Source: Aulosira sp. ZfuVER01 (GTDB taxonomy: Bacteria; Cyanobacteriota; Cyanobacteriia; Cyanobacteriales; Nostocaceae). Taken from it: a stretch of 64,000 nucleotides of DNA. Every line of letters starts with the position of its first letter. Positions within the stretch are counted from its first letter, which is position 1. The notes under the pieces were generated by a model, which was given only the letters and a program-made list of their open reading frames with translations, did not search any database and was not told the DNA's origin. The stretch spans positions 1 to 64,000 of the forward strand of contig JAVRCV020000083.1 of assembly GCA_034530615.2 (NCBI GenBank). Reading direction: 5' to 3'. Of this stretch, positions 33,599 to 44,441 are shown in pieces. The translations under genes were made by a program, and so were the position numbers.

Positions 33599-34714
33599 AT
33601 GAAAATTGCGCTAGTCCATGATTACTTAACCCAGCGCGGTGGGGCAGAGCGCGTGTTTGAGTTGCTTTGTAAGCGCTATCCCGAAGCTGATATTTACACT
33701 TCTTTGTACGATCGCCAAAAAACAATTGATTTAAGCGATCGGATAGTTAATACAACTTTCTTACAGAAGATTCCCGGTGCAGTCAGATATTTTCGCTCGA
33801 TCGCTCCCTTATACTTTCCCGCTTTTCGGGCTTTGAATTTACAAAGCTACGATCTGATCGTTAGTAGTAGCACTAGCTTTGCTAAAGCAGTCAGAAAAAA
33901 TCCAAATGCGCTGCACATTTGCTTTTGCCATAATGTCACCCGTTTTTTGTGGGATACAGAAACTTATTTACGAGAATACGGAGATTATCGATATTTTGCA
34001 CCATTAATTGAGAGAGTATTCCAATTAATGAGAAAGGTAGACCTAGAATACGCACAAGAACCAGACCTTTATATTGCTAATTCCAGCATTGTAGCTCGCC
34101 GCATTCAAGATATTTACAACAAAAAAGCAATTGTTGTCAACTATCCAATTGATACCAGTAACTTTATTTTTTCTGATAGCAAAGACGAATATTATTTGGC
34201 ATCAGCGAGGATGATCAGTTATAAGCGTTTGGATATAATAATTGAAGCTTTTAATTGGCTAGGGTGGCGATTATTAATTTCCGGTGATGGGCCAGAACAA
34301 GAACGCTTAAAATCCAAAGCTTTAGCTAATATAGAATTCTTAGGTCATGTAAGCGATCGCCAACGTAAAGACTTGTTTTCTAAAGCGAAGTCGATCATTG
34401 TTGCAGCTTTAGAAGATTACGGCTTAGTTCCAGTAGAAGCTAATGCTAGCGGTACTCCAGTTATTGCTTATGGAGCAGGTGGTGTATTAGATACTCAAGT
34501 CCCTAGAGAGACAGGGGTATTTTTTAAAAGACAAACACCCGAATCCTTACAATCTGCATTATTAGAAGCTGGGCAAATAACTTGGGATTATCAAAATATC
34601 CGTAATCATGCAGTGACAAATTTTTCCGAAACCGCATTCTTTAGTAAAGTCGAACAGATTATTGACCAAGCTTGGAGAATGCATCAATCCAGTGATTTAT
34701 TAGCAGAAGGATAA
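33599..34714 (+). CDS. glycosyltransferase family 4
   Basis: MKIALVHDYL..RGGAERV, EDYGLVPVEANASGTPVI. Confidence 0.92.
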   Translation: MKIALVHDYLTQRGGAERVFELLCKRYPEADIYTSLYDRQKTIDLSDRIVNTTFLQKIPGAVRYFRSIAPLYFPAFRALNLQSYDLIVSSSTSFAKAVRKNPNALHICFCHNVTRFLWDTETYLREYGDYRYFAPLIERVFQLMRKVDLEYAQEPDLYIANSSIVARRIQDIYNKKAIVVNYPIDTSNFIFSDSKDEYYLASARMISYKRLDIIIEAFNWLGWRLLISGDGPEQERLKSKALANIEFLGHVSDRQRKDLFSKAKSIIVAALEDYGLVPVEANASGTPVIAYGAGGVLDTQVPRETGVFFKRQTPESLQSALLEAGQITWDYQNIRNHAVTNFSETAFFSKVEQIIDQAWRMHQSSDLLAEG

Positions 34715-34719
34715 TAAAC

Positions 34720-36945
34720 GTGGTTCAAGCTAGTCTCAATCCTAGTCCCAATCTCGCCTCCGAAAATGAAGTGGGTTACGGACAGATGTTTGCCGTACTT
34801 GTACGCAGATTTCCTTGGTTTTTACTTATATTTTTGACTTCAGTTACTTTTGCAGGTTTTATCACTACAAAAACCAAGCCGACCTACAAAAGTTCGATGC
34901 AGTTGTTAGTAGAACCAAATTATCAAGTTAAACCAGGAACAGGAGCAACAGAAAATCAATTTACCGAACCTAGCATTGAAATAGACACAGCGACTCAGCT
35001 GAATGTGATGCAGAGTTCTGGATTGATTCAAAAAGCAGTTGATAAATTGCAAAAAGACTATCCAGATATCACTGTAGCTGAGATTAAAAGTTCTTTAGTC
35101 TTAAATCAAATTAAGACTAAAGAAGATAATGTGTTGACTAAAATTTTCCAAGTTGAATATACCAGCCAAGATCCAGAAAAAACGCAAAAAGTTTTGGCTG
35201 CCATTCGCCAAGTCTATGTGGAATATAACAAACAGCAGCAGGATTCACGTTTACAAAAAGGTCTGCAAGTTATCAGAGATCAGTTAAAGAAAGCCAGTGA
35301 TGAAGTAAATGCTTCAGAAACTAATCTGCAAAGGTTTCGCAGAAATCAAAATTTAATCGATCCGGAAACACAAGCAAAAGCACTAGAAGACAATTTAAAC
35401 AAACTTCAAGAAGAACGACGTACTACTCGTTCTCAATACGAAGAAGCGTTAGCTCGTCAACGATCTTTAGAAGAACAACTGAACCGTTCTCCACAAAATG
35501 CCCTCGTTTCTTCTCGCTTGAGCCAATCTACTCGCTATCAAGGGTTACTCAACGAAATTCAAAAAACCGAGCTAGCTTTATCCCAGGAACGTTTGCGCTT
35601 TACAGATGAAACTCCTAACGTCCAAAAGTTAAAAGAACAACTTCAGGGACAGAAGGAATTATTACAACAAGAAGTCAGCAGAACTTTAGGTGGTTTACCT
35701 GCTGGTGCAGTTGCAGGAGAAAATCTCCTAGAACAAGGACAACTGGGAGCAATTGATCTCAATCTTGCTAGTCAGCTAGTGGAAACACAGACAAGTATAG
35801 TTGCATTAGCTGCTCGCGATCAAACTTTAGCTCAAAAAGAGAACGACTTACGCTTTCAACTCAAACGCTTCCCGCCGCTTTTGGCTTATTACAATCGCAT
35901 ACTACCGCAGTTGCAATTTAGCCGTGAGAGGTTAGAACAGCTTTTAAGAGCAGAACAGCAGTTGCGCCAAGAACTTTCCAAAGGCGGATTTAACTGGGAA
36001 GTTGTGGAAGAGCCGCAAAAAGGTATGCAAATGGGCCCCAATCTCCAGCAAAATCTGTTGTTGGGTGCAGTAGTTGGGTTAATGTTGGGAGGTATTGCTG
36101 CGTTTATGCGAGAAGCATCTGATGATGCTGTTCATACCACCGCAGAATTGGAAAAACATCTTGCCCTACCAGTGTTGGGAATCACTCCCAAATTACCTGC
36201 TGCTAAACCCAGAGAATCAACGATCAAGTTGCCTTTTGGTAAGCCTGAAGTTCTTGCACCGTGGACAGTTGAAGTACTGCAATCCTCTCTACGTTGGGAA
36301 TCGCTAGATCTGATTTATAAAAATATCGAGCTGCTCAATTCTGTTGCCAATTTGAAATCTTTGATGATCACCTCGGCTTTACCTGATGAGGGTAAGTCAG
36401 CTTTGGCATTAGGTTTAGCAATGAGTGCTGCTCGCTTGCACAAAAAGGTACTACTAATTGATGCCAATTTACGCGATCCCAGCCTGCACAATCAGCTAAA
36501 TCTTCCTAACGATCAAGGACTTTCAACTCTACTAACCAATGAAGGTACTCTACCTAATCAAATCAGCATTCAATACTCAGGCTCGTCCTACATCGATATT
36601 TTAACCGCCGGGCCAATACCAACTGATGCGGCTAATCTCTTAAGTTCTCCCCGGATGATGCAATTGATGGCAACATTTGAGGAGAATTACGATCTGGTAC
36701 TCGTAGACGCTTCTCCAGTTCTGGGTTTGGTGGATGCCATGCTAACAGCTTCATGTTGCCGTAGTGTAGTAATGGCAGCCAGCATTGGTAGGGTAACTCG
36801 CAGCCAAATGGCTCAAGCTACAGCTATGTTGAGCAAGTTAAACCTGATTGGGGTTGTAGCTAATGGGGTATCAAGCTCTCAGAGCACCTATGTACCCTAT
36901 GCAAAGCCACAAACCTTTGCATTACAACAGGCTGTAGAAAAATAA
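34720..36945 (+). CDS. Wzc/GumC polysaccharide co-polymerase with tyrosine kinase-like domain
   Basis: Two TM segments, coiled-coil periplasmic region, TSALPDEGKS Walker A, LIDANLRDP. Confidence 0.9.
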   Translation: MVQASLNPSPNLASENEVGYGQMFAVLVRRFPWFLLIFLTSVTFAGFITTKTKPTYKSSMQLLVEPNYQVKPGTGATENQFTEPSIEIDTATQLNVMQSSGLIQKAVDKLQKDYPDITVAEIKSSLVLNQIKTKEDNVLTKIFQVEYTSQDPEKTQKVLAAIRQVYVEYNKQQQDSRLQKGLQVIRDQLKKASDEVNASETNLQRFRRNQNLIDPETQAKALEDNLNKLQEERRTTRSQYEEALARQRSLEEQLNRSPQNALVSSRLSQSTRYQGLLNEIQKTELALSQERLRFTDETPNVQKLKEQLQGQKELLQQEVSRTLGGLPAGAVAGENLLEQGQLGAIDLNLASQLVETQTSIVALAARDQTLAQKENDLRFQLKRFPPLLAYYNRILPQLQFSRERLEQLLRAEQQLRQELSKGGFNWEVVEEPQKGMQMGPNLQQNLLLGAVVGLMLGGIAAFMREASDDAVHTTAELEKHLALPVLGITPKLPAAKPRESTIKLPFGKPEVLAPWTVEVLQSSLRWESLDLIYKNIELLNSVANLKSLMITSALPDEGKSALALGLAMSAARLHKKVLLIDANLRDPSLHNQLNLPNDQGLSTLLTNEGTLPNQISIQYSGSSYIDILTAGPIPTDAANLLSSPRMMQLMATFEENYDLVLVDASPVLGLVDAMLTASCCRSVVMAASIGRVTRSQMAQATAMLSKLNLIGVVANGVSSSQSTYVPYAKPQTFALQQAVEK

Positions 36946-37075
36946 AGAAATTAGTGGTGAGGACTTAAGTCCTCACTACAAGAGTTTTGTGTGCGATCGC
37001 TTCAGTAGTTTATCAATTTAGATTAACGCTTTTGCCATCAGGTCAAGAATCTACTTCTCTACATATTTCAAGACT

Positions 37076-37816
37076 ATGACTATTTCCATAATTCCAACTC
37101 TACAAAATCACTACACCCTCATTGAGCAACACCAAGATCGTTGCTCTCTATACTGCACTCTATTATGGCGGCGAGGTCAGTTGTTGGTGAAGTCTCCTGG
37201 CAAAATCAAACAGCCATATCTGCCTTCTGTATATAACGAACAATTGTTAGTAGAGTGCTTAAAGCATTCTCCAATCAAATTGGTGAGCATAGATTCAAAG
37301 CTGGGTGAGACTTGGCTTTTATTGTGGGCTGAAGCCTGCAAAAAAGCTAATAAGCCAATCTTTCTCCGCCTACCCTCTGGGAATCAACGGTTAAAACAAG
37401 GTAATTCTTTTAGTAAGCAGTTGCAGCGAGTAATTGATTGGATTGTGGCTTTAATGTTGCTACTCTTTGCCAGTCCGGTTATGCTGGGACTGATTTTGCT
37501 AATGCAAGTTTACTCACCAGGGTCAGTTTTCTCCTATGAATGGCGGGTTGGAGAGCGCGGTAAGCTGTTTCAAGCAATTAAGTTTTGCACAACGCAGGGG
37601 CACAACATTACACCTCTGGGGCATTGGATGGTTAAGCATAATCTGCAAAATTTGCCACAGTTATTCAATGTATTGCAAGGTGACAGGGGTTTAATACAAT
37701 CGCATTATTGGACTTTGGCAGATGTGGCGTGTTTAACTTCAGAGAACGACCCCTCAGCATCACAAATGATGGATTCATGGCAGGTAAAAGCTACATTCAA
37801 GCCGGCTGAATCTTAG
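37076..37816 (+). CDS. hepC: heterocyst development glycosyltransferase-like protein HepC
   Basis: Cyanobacterial N-terminal domain (L.WRRGQLLV…LGE..L..WA.AC..A.KP) plus degenerate sugar-transferase domain (RVG.RGK.F…LPQLFNVL); lies between wzc and hepA. Confidence 0.8.
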   Translation: MTISIIPTLQNHYTLIEQHQDRCSLYCTLLWRRGQLLVKSPGKIKQPYLPSVYNEQLLVECLKHSPIKLVSIDSKLGETWLLLWAEACKKANKPIFLRLPSGNQRLKQGNSFSKQLQRVIDWIVALMLLLFASPVMLGLILLMQVYSPGSVFSYEWRVGERGKLFQAIKFCTTQGHNITPLGHWMVKHNLQNLPQLFNVLQGDRGLIQSHYWTLADVACLTSENDPSASQMMDSWQVKATFKPAES

Positions 37817-37952
37817 AAAAGAAGGCAGAGGGCAGAGGGCAGAAGGAAGGAAACAGTTTTTATACTTCGTTGCGCTGACTCTGCTTATGGAATTTTCTTG
37901 CTTTTGTTTCGTACAGAGGCGTAAAAAACGTAGTTAATTTAACGATCGCAAT

Positions 37953-38897
37953 ATGGATACAGCTATTTGTACTGTTTTTGAAAAAGACTACCACTATGGT
38001 GTGGGAGTTTTGGCAAATTCTCTATATCATCACGGTTTTCGCGGTGTGTTTTGGGCAGGATATCGTGGGGATTTACCACCTTGGGCTAAGTCTGTGAAAG
38101 AAGGTAAGGGTTATCAAGAGTTTTCTATAGCTGAGGGTTGTGCAATTCGGTTTGTGAAGCTAGATACCCGCAAGCATTTAGGTTTTTACAAGCCTGATTT
38201 TATGTCCCTACTATGGGAAAGTTATTGCCCAGATGTGGATGCGCTATTTTATTTTGACCCGGATATTGTCAATAAATGTAGCTGGAATTTTTACGAGAAG
38301 TGGGTGAGTCGGGGAATTGCGCTGTGTGGGGACTTGTGGTTTCAGGTGCCGGCTAATCATCCTCGACGCTTGGGTTGGAAGGAATTTGCAGAGAGTCATG
38401 GCTTAGTTTGCGATCGCCAATTAGATTACCACTTTAATAGTGGCTTTATTGGTGTGAACAAAAGCTGTAAATCTATCCTTACACTTTGGCAGCAACTTAT
38501 AGAACTGGGTGAGACGGCTGGATACTCAGATTACGACGATCTGTATGCCCAAAACACTTTTCATGATTATCCCTATCTTTATGGCGATCAGACTTACCTC
38601 AACTTAGCGCTCATGGTGTCTACTGATCCTCTGAGTACTGTCGGGCCTGATGGTATGGATTTTGTTCCTGGTGGCACGATTATGTCTCATGCCACAGTAC
38701 CAAGCGTTAAGCCTTGGCGCAAGAACCTAATTATGAGCGCTCTTGAAGGTTGCCGTCCTACTATTACAGATAAATTGTTTTGGCGGCACAGTCAAACACC
38801 AATTCAACTGTATTCTTCAGCGAAAGTTTTACAACAACAATTTGCCATCCTTTGTGGATCTGCTATTGGTCGCTTTATCTATCGCCATCCAATTTAA
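37953..38897 (+). CDS. putative glycosyltransferase (GT-A, GT8-like)
   Basis: KP…YFDPDIV DxD motif, FNSGF, DQTYLN, H…KPW motifs. Confidence 0.65.
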   Translation: MDTAICTVFEKDYHYGVGVLANSLYHHGFRGVFWAGYRGDLPPWAKSVKEGKGYQEFSIAEGCAIRFVKLDTRKHLGFYKPDFMSLLWESYCPDVDALFYFDPDIVNKCSWNFYEKWVSRGIALCGDLWFQVPANHPRRLGWKEFAESHGLVCDRQLDYHFNSGFIGVNKSCKSILTLWQQLIELGETAGYSDYDDLYAQNTFHDYPYLYGDQTYLNLALMVSTDPLSTVGPDGMDFVPGGTIMSHATVPSVKPWRKNLIMSALEGCRPTITDKLFWRHSQTPIQLYSSAKVLQQQFAILCGSAIGRFIYRHPI

Positions 38898-38960
38898 AAC
38901 ACTTTTTCAGTGTAATTTGATTGGACGCTGTTTTATTGAAAGACTCTTGTAACCGATTTT

Positions 38961-40799
38961 ATGTATTTCAAGCTCACTCGAACAATTCAGAGATTTCTAC
39001 AAGCTAGTAGTTTCTGGCAAAATAACTACTTAATATTACGAGAGTTTAGCAAGTTTCCTCGGGTTGCAGCTTTAGCGATAGTTTTATCGCTTTGCGCTGT
39101 TACCTTTGAGGGATTTGGACTAGGTTTTTTATTGGCATTTCTCCAAAGTTTAACCACCCCTGATTCTGAACCAATCAAAACTGGAATTGAATGGTTTGAT
39201 CTCATTATTTTAGGAATTAATCGTTCGGCTAATGAGAGATTATTCCGCGTATCTACATTAATTGTCATTATAACTTGTATACGTGCTGCGTTTAATTACT
39301 TAGCGCAAATTTGTATTCAGTTTAGCGAAATTAACTTAGTAGATAATCTCCGCAAGGAAATATTTGAACAATTACAGGCTCAGAGTCTCCAATATTTCGC
39401 CAAAAAGAACTCCGGCGAACTAATTAATAGCCTCACTAGTGAGATGGAGAGGATTAGACAAATTTTTGGCGGCATAGCTTTTGTAATTACCAGAACTTTA
39501 ACAATCGCCGTCTACTCCCTATCATTATTTGTCCTCTCTTGGCAGCTTTCCATAATTTCAATTTTACTGTTTAGTCTATTAGCTGTCGGACTCACAACTC
39601 TCAATAAATATATTCGCGAGCGGAGTTTTGCCGTTACCAAAGCCAACGATAAGTTTACTTCTAGGGCGCTAGAATTTATTGATGGTATCCGCACAATTCA
39701 TGCATCCTCTACTTTAGATTTTGAAAGACAACGGTATTATCAAGCGAGTCACAATGTAGTTAATGCTTGGAAAAATGTTTATTGGCTGTCTTTAATAGTC
39801 AGACCAATTGCTGAGAGCATTTCCACAGTAATTCTCGTAGCGATGATTATTGTGGCACTAACAACTGGCTTAATGAAGATTGCCTCATTGTTAACATTTT
39901 TCTTTGTTCTGTTTCGTTTGGTACCGATGATTCAAGATTTAAATGGAGTCATCGCCTTTTTAAGTACTCAAGCAGGTGCGGTAGAAAATATCAAACAGTT
40001 GTTACAAACTAAGGATAAAAATTACTTCCACAATGGCAAAATAAAATTCCCTGGTTTAAAACAAGGAATTGATATAGTATCTGTAGATTTTGGCTATGAA
40101 CCTGGCCGTTTAGTGCTACAGAATATTACCCTAAGTATTGAGCAGGGAAACACGATCGCTCTAGTCGGGGAAACTGGTGGCGGTAAAAGTACACTTGCTG
40201 ATTTGATTCCGAGATTTCACGATCCTGTGGAAGGTCACATTCTCATAGATGGAGTTGATTTGCGCCAATTTGAAATCGATTCACTCAGGCGCAAAATGGC
40301 TGTAGTCAGTCAGAAAACATTTATTTTCAACACCTCGATTCGGAACAATATTGCTTACGGTACTCCTGAAGCCACGGAAGCCGATATTTACGAAGCCGCC
40401 CGCCAAGCAAATGCACTAGAATTTATCGAAAAATTGCCTGGGGGTTTTAACACCATATTGGGTGCTGACGGGATTCAGCTATCTGGCGGACAACAACAGC
40501 GAATTGCGATCGCCCGTGCTTTAGTGCGTAAACCAGAAATTTTGATTTTAGATGAAGCCACCAGTGCTTTAGATGCAATTACACAGCAGTCAATTCAAGA
40601 TGTTTTAGAACATTTTGCTATAGGGCGAACAGTAATTGTGATTGCTCACCGTCTTTCTACCATTGCTCAAGCCGATAAAGTCGTAGTAATTGAAAAAGGG
40701 CGAATAGTAGAACAAGGTAAATATCAAGAATTACTCGCTCGTCAAGGTAAGTTGTGGAAATATCACCAGACACAGTATCAAATTGGTCAAGCAGAGTAG
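38961..40799 (+). CDS. hepA: heterocyst ABC transporter HepA-like (TMD + ATPase)
   Basis: N-terminal SFWQNNYLILREF; GETGGGKS, LSGGQQQR, ILDEATSALD; downstream of hepC. Confidence 0.8.
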   Translation: MYFKLTRTIQRFLQASSFWQNNYLILREFSKFPRVAALAIVLSLCAVTFEGFGLGFLLAFLQSLTTPDSEPIKTGIEWFDLIILGINRSANERLFRVSTLIVIITCIRAAFNYLAQICIQFSEINLVDNLRKEIFEQLQAQSLQYFAKKNSGELINSLTSEMERIRQIFGGIAFVITRTLTIAVYSLSLFVLSWQLSIISILLFSLLAVGLTTLNKYIRERSFAVTKANDKFTSRALEFIDGIRTIHASSTLDFERQRYYQASHNVVNAWKNVYWLSLIVRPIAESISTVILVAMIIVALTTGLMKIASLLTFFFVLFRLVPMIQDLNGVIAFLSTQAGAVENIKQLLQTKDKNYFHNGKIKFPGLKQGIDIVSVDFGYEPGRLVLQNITLSIEQGNTIALVGETGGGKSTLADLIPRFHDPVEGHILIDGVDLRQFEIDSLRRKMAVVSQKTFIFNTSIRNNIAYGTPEATEADIYEAARQANALEFIEKLPGGFNTILGADGIQLSGGQQQRIAIARALVRKPEILILDEATSALDAITQQSIQDVLEHFAIGRTVIVIAHRLSTIAQADKVVVIEKGRIVEQGKYQELLARQGKLWKYHQTQYQIGQAE

Positions 40800-40836
40800 G
40801 AACTGAAATTGTATTTTGTAACTATCAGAAATAATC

Positions 40837-41841
40837 ATGAATAACCAAATCCCAAAAATTGTTGTAATTACGCCTGTTAAAAATGAAGCTTGGATTTTAG
40901 AACGCTTTTTATCTGTAACCAGTCAATTTGCTGACCACATAATCATTGCCAATCAAAATTCCACCGATGACACCATATCTATTTGTAAAAAATATCCCAA
41001 GGCCATCCTGATTGAAAACAAATCAGAAAAATATAGCGAAGCCGATCGCCAGTTGTTGTTAATTCAGACAGCACGAGAGTTAATTCAAGAGCAGAAAATT
41101 ATTTTAGCTTTAGATGCTGATGAAATCCTCGCTGCTAATGCCATCAAAACTCCAAGCTGGCAAACAATGCTCAACGCCAAGCCAGGAACGGTAATCTTTT
41201 TTGAAAAGCCAGATTTATACTTAACAACCAAACAATGTATTAGAAGTGGCATTCTCACACCTTTAGGCTATGTCGATGACGGAGCCGAACATCAGCCACA
41301 ACTAATTCATAGTGTAAGAATACCCATGCCTGAATATGCTACGAGGCTACATATTCATGATATTAAAGTTCTGCACTATGCTTTGGCTCGCATGGATGCA
41401 CAAGCTTCAAAAGTTCGTTTGTATGGTGTCATCGAGAATATCTTAGGAATTAGTAACGCTATTAGTAGACGTTATCGTTATTCTGCTAGTCAAGATTACT
41501 TAAAGTTAGGCAAACTAGAAACTACTCCAGATGAGTGGTATATAGGTTGGGAAGAAATGGGAATTGATATGCACGCAATTAACAAACAAAAATATTACTC
41601 TTACGATTTTGAAATGCTCCAATATTTCCATAAGTATGGGCTGCGGCGCTTTTGGAGAGAAGATATTTGGCGATTTGATTGGGAAGCTTGCCGTCAATAT
41701 GCTAAGTCATTGGGCATGAGTAATATACCCGATTATCCAATTACTAAACCACCTAAGTTTCTCGGGTTTTTCTTAGACATTATCGCTAAATTGTATAAAA
41801 ATTTAACCTCGTGGTTAAGATACGTGAGTAATTTGCTGTAA
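40837..41841 (+). CDS. glycosyltransferase family 2
   Basis: TPVKNEA, NQNSTD, LDADE. Confidence 0.85.
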   Translation: MNNQIPKIVVITPVKNEAWILERFLSVTSQFADHIIIANQNSTDDTISICKKYPKAILIENKSEKYSEADRQLLLIQTARELIQEQKIILALDADEILAANAIKTPSWQTMLNAKPGTVIFFEKPDLYLTTKQCIRSGILTPLGYVDDGAEHQPQLIHSVRIPMPEYATRLHIHDIKVLHYALARMDAQASKVRLYGVIENILGISNAISRRYRYSASQDYLKLGKLETTPDEWYIGWEEMGIDMHAINKQKYYSYDFEMLQYFHKYGLRRFWREDIWRFDWEACRQYAKSLGMSNIPDYPITKPPKFLGFFLDIIAKLYKNLTSWLRYVSNLL

Positions 41842-41901
41842 AAATTTTGGCAGTACTCACACAAAACTTTAAACATCGTCAAAATTAGTGTTTTGTGGAG
41901 A

Positions 41902-42897
41902 ATGGCTATGGATAGAAAATTCAATGAACCATTGGTCAGTGTAGTTATCCCTACCTATAATCGACCAGAATATCTCAAACAAGCGATCGCCAGTGCGGTT
42001 AAACAGACTTATCAAAATATTGAAATTATTGTTTGTGATAATTGTAGTACGGAAAATCCCCAAGCTATTGTTGAATCTTTTAATGATTCACGTATCCAAT
42101 TCTGGCGACATTCGCAAAATATAGGGATGATTGCGAATCAGATGTATGGCTTTAAGATGGCGCGGGGTAAATACGTTGCTAGCCTGCATGATGATGATAT
42201 ATGGAACGAAGACTTTTTAGCAAAGCTTGTACCACCATTAGAAGAAAATCCAGACTTGATCTTAGCTTTTTGCGACCAATATATCATAGATGCTCAAGGT
42301 AATATTAATTATTCTGGTACAGAAGAGAATACACGCGGTTTCAAGCGTCATCAACTAGTACGAGGAATTTATAAATCTTTCTACAAAATTGGTTTAGTAG
42401 ATAAAAGTATTCCCACCGCCGCAGCTTGTATAATTCGTAATCATCTTGTTGATTGGGATAGTATTCCCTCCGAAGTTGGTGGGATGTGGGATTTATATTT
42501 AACATATATTTGCTGTACATCTGGTTATACCGCTTACTATTCTCCAGAAAGATTGACGTGCTATCGTGCCCATGAGCAAACTGATACCATGCTTAGTGGT
42601 TCTCAAGATGTGCAAGCAAGAATTCGCAAAGCCAAAAGCGAATTATTTTGTTATCAAATCTTGATGAACGATCCCAAACTGCAAGAATTTAAGCCATACT
42701 TGCAAAAGAAATGGTTAGCAGCTAATACAACTCTCGGGATTAGCTTAATCCGAAATAAACAGACAGATGCAGCACGTCCTTATCTTTGGCAAGCACTGAG
42801 CAAACAAAAGTTTGATTTGCGAACAATAATAGCAATTATTCTTAGTTTTATTCCACAGCCTGTGGCTAATCAACTATTAGGATTAATGCCATCATAA
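41902..42897 (+). CDS. glycosyltransferase family 2
   Basis: VSVVIPTYNR, DNCS, LHDDD. Confidence 0.9.
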   Translation: MAMDRKFNEPLVSVVIPTYNRPEYLKQAIASAVKQTYQNIEIIVCDNCSTENPQAIVESFNDSRIQFWRHSQNIGMIANQMYGFKMARGKYVASLHDDDIWNEDFLAKLVPPLEENPDLILAFCDQYIIDAQGNINYSGTEENTRGFKRHQLVRGIYKSFYKIGLVDKSIPTAAACIIRNHLVDWDSIPSEVGGMWDLYLTYICCTSGYTAYYSPERLTCYRAHEQTDTMLSGSQDVQARIRKAKSELFCYQILMNDPKLQEFKPYLQKKWLAANTTLGISLIRNKQTDAARPYLWQALSKQKFDLRTIIAIILSFIPQPVANQLLGLMPS

Positions 42898-43211
42898 AAT
42901 TAATTGAATTACACAAGCCAGCTATAAAATAATTATAATTTTTTATAAAAATATTAAATAGCTGTCATGGATTGCATACGCCAAAGCGAATTAATATCCT
43001 TATTTTCTTTGTGTCTCTGTGTTTCAAAGTTTTTTACCCCATAGCACAAAGTAATTTCAATCTAGTTATATGAGAAAAAAGCGCAAAAATCTCCAATTAC
43101 ACACCAATAAGCTATCTTTGTTCATCGGTGTTTATCTGTGGGTTCAAATATCTTTATCCTGGATATTTATCAGAAGCCTAATAATTAACTAATTCCTCAA
43201 GGAGGTGGTGT

Positions 43212-44441
43212 GTGAAACTTTGCATTGTTACCCATAAATTAAAAAAAGGTGATGGTCAAGGACGAGTCAACTATGAGGTTGCCAAAGAAATCATTCGTCG
43301 CGGTCATCACCTGACATTATTGGCAAGCCAAGTAGCACCTGAACTATTAGATAATAGCCAAGTTAACTGGATTGAAATTCCAGTACAAAACTTGCCTACA
43401 GAATTTATTCGTAATTTCGTATTTGCTCAAAAAAGCGCAGCTTGGTTACAAAAAAATCGCGCTGATTTTGATTTAGTCAAAGTCAATGGTGCAATTACTA
43501 ACGCATCTGCTGATGTAAATGCTGTACATTTTGTTCACAGTTCTTGGTTGCGATCGCCTGTGCATATTTCTCGCACTCGCCGCGATGCTTACGGTTTGTA
43601 CCAGTGGCTTTACACCGCTTTGAATGCCCACTGGGAAAAACAGGCTTTTCAAAAAGCAAAAGTAGTCGTTGCCGTATCGGAGAAAGTAGCGCAAGAATTA
43701 GTAAATATTGGCGTACCTCGTTCTCAAATTCAGGTAATTGTCAACGGCGTAGACTTAGAAGAATTTACCCCAGGTGTAGGCGATGCCTTTGGCACTGCGC
43801 AAAGCGCAGGACGCTCTTCCTGGAATTTACCAGAAAACGTTCCCCTAGCCCTGTTTGCTGGCGATATCCGCACTACCAGAAAGAATTTAGATACAGTACT
43901 ATACGCCTTAGCAAAAGTTCCCGGTTTACATTTAGCAGTAGTTGGTAACACAGAAGGTAGCCCGTTTCCCCAGCTAGCAGCTTCTCTAGGGATAACTGAG
44001 CGAGTGCATTTTCTAGGCTATCGACGTGATATCGCCGCAATTATGCGGGTTGCAGATTTATTTGTATTTCCTTCCCGTTATGAGGCTTGCACCCTCGTAT
44101 TATTAGAAGCCCTCGCCTCTGGTTTACCTGTCATTACCGCCACTACTACCGGGGGTGCAGAATTGGTGACGCCAGAATGCGGGGTGGTGTTGTCAAATTC
44201 CGATGACATTGATGCTTTAGCCGCAGCGTTGTTGTCTTTAGTGAAGGAACCGCTTTTGATGCAGCAAATGGGTAAAGCAGCTCGTTCTGTTGCCGAACAA
44301 CATAGCTGGAAGACGATGGCACAAACCTATGTGGATCTATTTGAGGAGTTAATCAAGAATGAAGAACACTGTTCTCATCCCCACCTATCGCCGTCCTCTA
44401 GATCTGTCTCGTTGCCTTTTAGCACTACAGGCGCAAACTAA
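43212..44441 (+). CDS. glycosyltransferase family 4
   Basis: NGVD, RKNLD, FLGYR.D, PSRYEACTLVLLEALASGLPVI. Confidence 0.9.
   Translation: MKLCIVTHKLKKGDGQGRVNYEVAKEIIRRGHHLTLLASQVAPELLDNSQVNWIEIPVQNLPTEFIRNFVFAQKSAAWLQKNRADFDLVKVNGAITNASADVNAVHFVHSSWLRSPVHISRTRRDAYGLYQWLYTALNAHWEKQAFQKAKVVVAVSEKVAQELVNIGVPRSQIQVIVNGVDLEEFTPGVGDAFGTAQSAGRSSWNLPENVPLALFAGDIRTTRKNLDTVLYALAKVPGLHLAVVGNTEGSPFPQLAASLGITERVHFLGYRRDIAAIMRVADLFVFPSRYEACTLVLLEALASGLPVITATTTGGAELVTPECGVVLSNSDDIDALAAALLSLVKEPLLMQQMGKAARSVAEQHSWKTMAQTYVDLFEELIKNEEHCSHPHLSPSSRSVSLPFSTTGAN

Noticed and set aside
44359..44441. 83-bp overlap of the GT4 and GT2 genes as a frameshift or fusion
   Set aside because: Both genes have complete domains and the GT2 has its own GAGGAG RBS; a simple overlapping tail explains it
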